From: an uncultured virus (IMG/VR IMGVR_UViG_3300038428_000220)
Taxonomy: Duplodnaviria > Heunggongvirae > Uroviricota > Caudoviricetes
Reading direction: 5' to 3' (one strand)
DNA: 20,000 bases
Virus record (IMG/VR): IMGVR_UViG_3300038428_000220
Shown here: positions 15,536 to 20,000 of the stretch, piece by piece
Layout: each line of letters starts with the position of its first letter
Position numbering within the stretch: position 1 is the first letter of the stretch
Notes under the pieces: model-generated
The model's input: only the letters and a program-made list of their open reading frames with translations
The model's database searches: none
What the model was told of the DNA's origin: nothing
Position numbers and translations under genes: made by a program

Positions 15536-15628
15536 GTCCTCTGCCCCTGAAATCCCCGAGGCGCGGGATCAACATCTAGTGGCTCTTAGCAGTTGTGTGC
15601 GTCAACCGGATAAGCATGCAAGAGACAG

Positions 15629-15856
15629 TTAAGTGACAATGTCTCCTGCGTTGTCACTTTGGTGCGGCAAGCCCTTGTCGGCGTACTGGCGCGCCAGCAG
15701 CTGCACGCCGGGCGGTATCTCGCGGTGGTCATGCTCAAGGCGCCGCATGAGGCGCGACAGCGTCCTGGGCAGGCCGCGATAGCCCAGCGCCCTGGCAAAC
15801 TGGCTCTGGCTGGCGCCCAGCACGATGCGGATTTCCCTAAGCTCGGCGCCGGTCAA
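15629..15856 (-). CDS. XRE-family HTH regulator
   Basis: MTGAELREIRIVLGASQSQFARALG...RRLE...IP. Confidence 0.8.
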   Translation of the reverse strand: MTGAELREIRIVLGASQSQFARALGYRGLPRTLSRLMRRLEHDHREIPPGVQLLARQYADKGLPHQSDNAGDIVT

Positions 15857-16125
15857 GGCGTCACCATGGCCGCTATTTTTCGGCCAACCTCTAGGGCGTT
15901 GGTCATGTCCTCATTAAGATTTTCAACGATCAAATGCGCGATGGCCTGCGCGTTCGGCGTCTGACGCGACGGCGCGGCAGCTATCATAGCTTTCCAATCA
16001 CGCGCAGCGCACAGGTCATCGGTCCATAATTTGCCGTTCTGCAAATCGATCCCAAGGTGAGAAACCGACCATGCAAGGCACATTTCGAGCGTTGGCTCGG
16101 TCGGCACGCATTTCCATTCTGTCAT
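15853..16125 (-). CDS. Hypothetical phage early protein
   Basis: 'WKCVPTEPTLEM...WKAMIAAAP', a motif common in phage early genes. Confidence 0.75.
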   Translation of the reverse strand: MTEWKCVPTEPTLEMCLAWSVSHLGIDLQNGKLWTDDLCAARDWKAMIAAAPSRQTPNAQAIAHLIVENLNEDMTNALEVGRKIAAMVTP

Positions 16126-16325
16126 TGCCGTTGCTCCAAAAGTCGCTGCCGAAACTCAGCATCCGATTCCCCCATCCGACGGCATGGCATTAGACCGCCT
16201 TCGTACAATATGCGGCCGCGCAGGTGGCCATCGGATTCGAACCAACGGCGGCGCACGCCGTACAACAGCGCAAGCTGCGTCAGGTCGCGGCGCTTAAGAG
16301 GGAACTGCCCATGCAATTTCACCAC
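16122..16325 (-). CDS. Hypothetical protein
   Basis: Coupled ORF with repeated 'RR..ESD...R.R' motif. Confidence 0.55.
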   Translation of the reverse strand: MVKLHGQFPLKRRDLTQLALLYGVRRRWFESDGHLRGRILYEGGLMPCRRMGESDAEFRQRLLEQRQ

Positions 16326-16597
16326 CAGTCCTCCTGCAGCCCGCTGGTGAAGCCGCCGCGGCCGGCCAGGTCGGTCACGACCTGGCGCGTCACGTCGGCC
16401 AGCGATTTGAACGGCTTGGCCATGACGCGCTGGTCGGCCTGGTAGGTCACCTCGGCCTCAAGCCGCACGCCGGCGTAGCCCAGCACGCGCAGGCTGGCGC
16501 GCAGCACCACCTCGCTGCCGCCGGCCTGGTAATCGCGGCAGGCGCGCTCGTATTTGTCGCGCCAGATTTGCGCGTGGTCAGGGTTAGATCGGTCCAT
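16319..16597 (-). CDS. Hypothetical protein
   Basis: MDRSNPDHAQIWRDKY...; AGGAGG SD. Confidence 0.65.
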   Translation of the reverse strand: MDRSNPDHAQIWRDKYERACRDYQAGGSEVVLRASLRVLGYAGVRLEAEVTYQADQRVMAKPFKSLADVTRQVVTDLAGRGGFTSGLQEDWW

Positions 16598-17333
16598 GGG
16601 GTTGCCCTCCTGTGAGAATCTCGACCAGCCAAAACTTGTCGACCTTGCGGAAGTCCACCGCGTGCACGTTGTCGATAATAAACTGGCGCACCGCATTGCG
16701 GTGAATTACATGCTCGTCGCCGCCCTGTTTTTTGCCGCGCTTGGTGCCGCGCATACGTGCCTGCAGCCAGCCCTTGTCGACCCAGGCCGCGACGCTGTGG
16801 CCGTCGATATTGAACAGCTTGGCCAACGCGGTGGCCGAATAGTTGTCTGGGTCCAGCGCGCGGCCGGTGCCGCCGTTGCGCTTGAGCTTGACCACGATTC
16901 CGGTTTCGCTGCGCCGGTAGCCGGCGCGCGCCAAGTGCTTTTGTATTGTGCCGACGTGCTGGTGCGCATGTGCCTGGGCAATCGCCAGTTCCTCGGCCGA
17001 CCACGCGGGCTCCTTGAAGCGCGGCGCCTTGAGGCATAGGCGCGTCGCCTGGGTGCTTATCCACCAGCGCGGGACCTTTAGGCGCTTGGCCAGGGCGGCA
17101 ACTTGGCCGCGGCCGGTCAGGTCGGTAAACACCGCGGTAATCTGTGCATCGATCGCCGGTGTGGCAACATACAGCAGGCGCGGGTTGTACTGGCCTTTAA
17201 TTCCGAGTGCATAGGCATGCTGCGCAATCGCTAACGGCGAGCGCCCGCGCAGTTTGGGCGCACATGCCACCGCACCGCCCGTCGGGTAGCGCGCGCGCAG
17301 CACGGCATTTTCTTTTGTGGTCCAGAATTTCAC
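16584..17333 (-). CDS. Multi-HTH DNA-binding protein
   Basis: Myb-like WT/WS..E motifs (FWTTKENAVL, WSAEELAI); C-terminal excisionase/MerR-like 'YSATALAKLFNIDGHSVAAWVDKGWL'. Confidence 0.7.
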   Translation of the reverse strand: MKFWTTKENAVLRARYPTGGAVACAPKLRGRSPLAIAQHAYALGIKGQYNPRLLYVATPAIDAQITAVFTDLTGRGQVAALAKRLKVPRWWISTQATRLCLKAPRFKEPAWSAEELAIAQAHAHQHVGTIQKHLARAGYRRSETGIVVKLKRNGGTGRALDPDNYSATALAKLFNIDGHSVAAWVDKGWLQARMRGTKRGKKQGGDEHVIHRNAVRQFIIDNVHAVDFRKVDKFWLVEILTGGQPHGPI

Positions 17334-17572
17334 GACGGCACCAGACCAAAAAACAGATATTTGCCATCCAGCAGGTCAAAGCAGCCGGCGCGCGTAACGC
17401 CTAGGCCGGTGCCTTTGACGGCCAGCAGCTGATCCGCATACGCGTACGGGTCCATGCCGCTGGGCAGGCCGACCATGACGTATCGCGGCAGCGGGCAACC
17501 GTTGCCGATACGCACAAACTTGAAAGCGCGCTCGGGATTCATCCCGTAGGCAATGACAGCAAAGGTGCGCAT
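17330..17572 (-). CDS. Hypothetical protein
   Basis: Tightly packed ORF; GTGA overlap with the next gene. Confidence 0.55.
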   Translation of the reverse strand: MRTFAVIAYGMNPERAFKFVRIGNGCPLPRYVMVGLPSGMDPYAYADQLLAVKGTGLGVTRAGCFDLLDGKYLFFGLVPS

Positions 17573-17574
17573 GG

Positions 17575-17823
17575 TCAGGCCGCGATAAGGTTAATCAGCG
17601 AGCCATGGGCACCGCTGTCGCCCGCGCGGTACGTGCGCGACGGCTGGCCATAACGGTCCACAACGGTAATCGAATAGCCGAGCCCAAGGACGCGGGTCAG
17701 TGTGTGTCGCGTCAGCGTTTTTGAGCCGGCGATCTCAGCAAAGCAGGACGCCGCCGCGTCAGCCGGATAGGCCTTTTCGGTGCCATACACGTTGCGGATT
17801 TGGATTTTGATGGTGTCGGTCAT
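17575..17823 (-). CDS. Hypothetical phage protein
   Basis: MTDTIKIQIRNVYG...YP...FAEIAGSKTLT; AAGGA SD. Confidence 0.7.
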   Translation of the reverse strand: MTDTIKIQIRNVYGTEKAYPADAAASCFAEIAGSKTLTRHTLTRVLGLGYSITVVDRYGQPSRTYRAGDSGAHGSLINLIAA

Positions 17824-17908
17824 GTGCTTTTTCCTTTCGGCGGGCCGCATTGGCCCTAGGCAACGTGGGTACAGTCCCACAGGTCGCGGCTGCTGTCAAG
17901 CCCCATAT

Positions 17909-19999
17909 TCAACGGAATTCTTCGAATTGCGGCTCACCGGGTGCCAGCAAACTGGGAACCGGTTCTGGGCGTGCGCCGTGCCCGACCGGCGGCTCATCGA
18001 CTCCATGGACTTTGCGGTGAGTCCGCCACACATAGTCGCCGGATTTACCAATTAAATCCATCTTAGTGTTCCATTGATAATCTGCGTAAGTCCGTTCAAT
18101 CGCTTTCTTGCAACGGGCGCGTAATTTTCGGCCGTCAGGGTCGGCCGGGTCGACGCTGAATCGGATTTCGCACAACGCATCGATCCACTCGCCGACGCGC
18201 ACGCAGCGCTGGCCATGCGGCGTGTTGGCCTCGGCCGGCGCCGGCGCGCCCTTGACGCGTAACGCGTTGACCAGTGCGCGCATGATGATTTGATTATTGG
18301 GCCGCATTTCAATGTAACCGTGCGGAATCGTGCGCGAGGGCGCAGCTGGCCCGACCAGCTCATGCACCACGCAGCTGGTGTCGGGCTCGCCATCCTGGTC
18401 GGGGCCAAGATTTATCTGCTTCAACACAAACCTGCGGGTAATCCCGCCTTCCGCGTCTTTTTGCTTGGTGACGACCATTTCGCGGATGTCGCGCTGGACG
18501 CGCCCGCTGCTGACTTCCTCGCTGTCGACCTGCTCGGTGCGGATGACCTCGACGGCGTTCTCCACATTGCCCAGCAGCGACGAGTGACCGCGCGGGCTGC
18601 CGCCCAGCTTGGGCGTGTGATGCACCAGCGCGACGTGCGCGCCAGTCTCGATCGCCATGCGGTGACAGCGCTGCAGCACCTTGCTGACGTCCTCGCTGGC
18701 GTTTTCGTTGGCCCCCGGCGACGCCGCGCTAAAGGTGTCGATCACCACCAGCTCGAGAGGTGCGTCATAGAACGCCGCCCAAGACTTAATTTCCTCAATC
18801 AGTTTGTTCGTATGATCGTCGGCGCCGAACAGGTCGACGCGGCTGGGCAGCAGCACGAATGGCAGATTGTCGTCGTGCTTGATTTTGTGGTGACGCCGGT
18901 ACGCGCGCAGCCGTTTCTTGAGCCCCAGGCCGCCCTCGCCGGCCTGATAGACGGCAAGGCCGGGACGCACGCGCATGCCCATCCAGCTGACGCCGCGGGC
19001 GATCGACAGCGCGGCGTCCGTGATTAAAAAACTCTTGCCGCAAGAGGGAGGCCCGTACCAGATCGACACCTCGCCGCGCGTCAGTATCTTTTTAATCAGC
19101 CACTCGAGCTCGCGCGCCGGCTTGTCCAGGTCGACAAACCGGATGGCGTTGAACGACGACTCGGGCGGTACCGGCAGCCAGTCGGCCAATAGGTCGACAA
19201 TCGCAAACAGCTTGTCCTTGCTGCCGCCAGCGTGCGCGCGCCAGTCCGTGACGTCGGCACCCTCGGGGCATTCTTTCCACTGCGCGCGCCAGTCCAGCAC
19301 GCGCACGCGGCGCGCTATGCCGCGCAGCGACGCCGCCTTGCGGTGCCCGTATTCGCGTCCGCTGCGGTCGTTGTCGATCAGCACCACCACGTCGGCGTCG
19401 CGCAGCTGCTCGGCGTGATGCGGCGACCATTTTTTGCTGCCGCCGCTGCTGTCGGTGGCGACCAAGCCCCAGGCGGCCAGCGTGTCGCAATCCTTCTCGC
19501 CCTCGGGGCTGAAAATAATCCGCTGCTCGTCGCCGGGCTGCGCTAGTTCCTCGGCCAATTGCGGAAGCCGGTATAGGCCGTGCGCGACGCCGTCGAAAAT
19601 CCGCACGGCGGAGCCCGACCATTTGGCGCGGCGGTCGTCGGTCGCGCTGTACCAGTCCTTGTTGCGGCCCTGGATATACTCGGCCTCGTCCAGGCCCCAT
19701 ATCCAACCGCCGCCGGCGTCGGTCGGGGCCTTGCGTCGTTGCAGGAACGACTTTTTGCGCTTGCCGGCGTCCAGCCATTCGAGCCGGCAGACCTGGTACA
19801 GCAGCCCGCCGGCGTCGTCGGTGTAATCGTACGCCGCGGTGATTTCGCGCCGCGTGTTGGCGGACGGCGCGCCGGTGTCGCCATGCCCGTTGGGCTCGTT
19901 AGGATGAGGCTCGTGCGCCGACGCAGCCGGCCGGCCCGGGCGATCCGCGCCGGGCAGGGGGATTCCGGCCAGCTGCGCCAGAGTCTCGACGGACTGCAT
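17909..19999 (-). CDS. Primase-helicase (TOPRIM plus RepA/AAA_25 helicase); probably extends past the window
   Basis: TOPRIM EGEKD and DND; Walker A GPPSCGKS; AGEG; Walker B VVIDT; VHHT..GG..RGHSSL. Confidence 0.88.
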   Translation of the reverse strand: MQSVETLAQLAGIPLPGADRPGRPAASAHEPHPNEPNGHGDTGAPSANTRREITAAYDYTDDAGGLLYQVCRLEWLDAGKRKKSFLQRRKAPTDAGGGWIWGLDEAEYIQGRNKDWYSATDDRRAKWSGSAVRIFDGVAHGLYRLPQLAEELAQPGDEQRIIFSPEGEKDCDTLAAWGLVATDSSGGSKKWSPHHAEQLRDADVVVLIDNDRSGREYGHRKAASLRGIARRVRVLDWRAQWKECPEGADVTDWRAHAGGSKDKLFAIVDLLADWLPVPPESSFNAIRFVDLDKPARELEWLIKKILTRGEVSIWYGPPSCGKSFLITDAALSIARGVSWMGMRVRPGLAVYQAGEGGLGLKKRLRAYRRHHKIKHDDNLPFVLLPSRVDLFGADDHTNKLIEEIKSWAAFYDAPLELVVIDTFSAASPGANENASEDVSKVLQRCHRMAIETGAHVALVHHTPKLGGSPRGHSSLLGNVENAVEVIRTEQVDSEEVSSGRVQRDIREMVVTKQKDAEGGITRRFVLKQINLGPDQDGEPDTSCVVHELVGPAAPSRTIPHGYIEMRPNNQIIMRALVNALRVKGAPAPAEANTPHGQRCVRVGEWIDALCEIRFSVDPADPDGRKLRARCKKAIERTYADYQWNTKMDLIGKSGDYVWRTHRKVHGVDEPPVGHGARPEPVPSLLAPGEPQFEEFR

Positions 20000-20000
20000 G

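Larger units (their letters stand above)
14868..15618. repeat. 15-bp perfect inverted repeats bracketing a one-gene cassette
   Basis: CATGCTTATCCGGTT at 14868-14882 and its reverse complement at 15604-15618; similarity continues inward (CACACA, CTAGATGT). Confidence 0.75.

Noticed and set aside
17862..17899. Promoter (TTGACA at 17894-17899, minus strand) with GTGGG-N6-CCCAC palindrome
   Set aside because: No convincing -10 at 16-18 nt spacing; plausible but unsupported.

Overview
GC-rich (pro)phage segment, probably from an alphaproteobacterial host (inferred from gene style and motifs). Nearly all real genes are on the minus strand. In transcription order (high to low coordinates): TOPRIM/RepA-type primase-helicase (runs to the window edge); small early and HTH genes; an 11-aa-repeat protein bracketed by inverted repeats; a GIY-YIG endonuclease cut off by an IS200/IS605 remnant; terminase small subunit; terminase large subunit carrying a 343-aa Pro1 LAGLIDADG intein; small genes; portal; a ~6.6 kb accessory block; scaffold; and major capsid protein (runs off the left edge, missing from the ORF track). 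The accessory block holds a complete IS605 (tnpA/tnpB), a stand-alone biotinyl domain, two paralogous beta proteins and a broken secreted GH74/BNR-like protein. Most notable: (1) the IS605 target TCAT is the ATGA stop-start overlap on the phage coding strand, and the IS ends rebuild the upstream stop codon and supply a new Shine-Dalgarno; (2) the intein is non-canonical and sits at a P-loop-like site in the terminase nuclease domain; (3) a highly structured, possibly switchable leader sequesters the capsid RBS. Family assignments come from motif recognition, not database searches.
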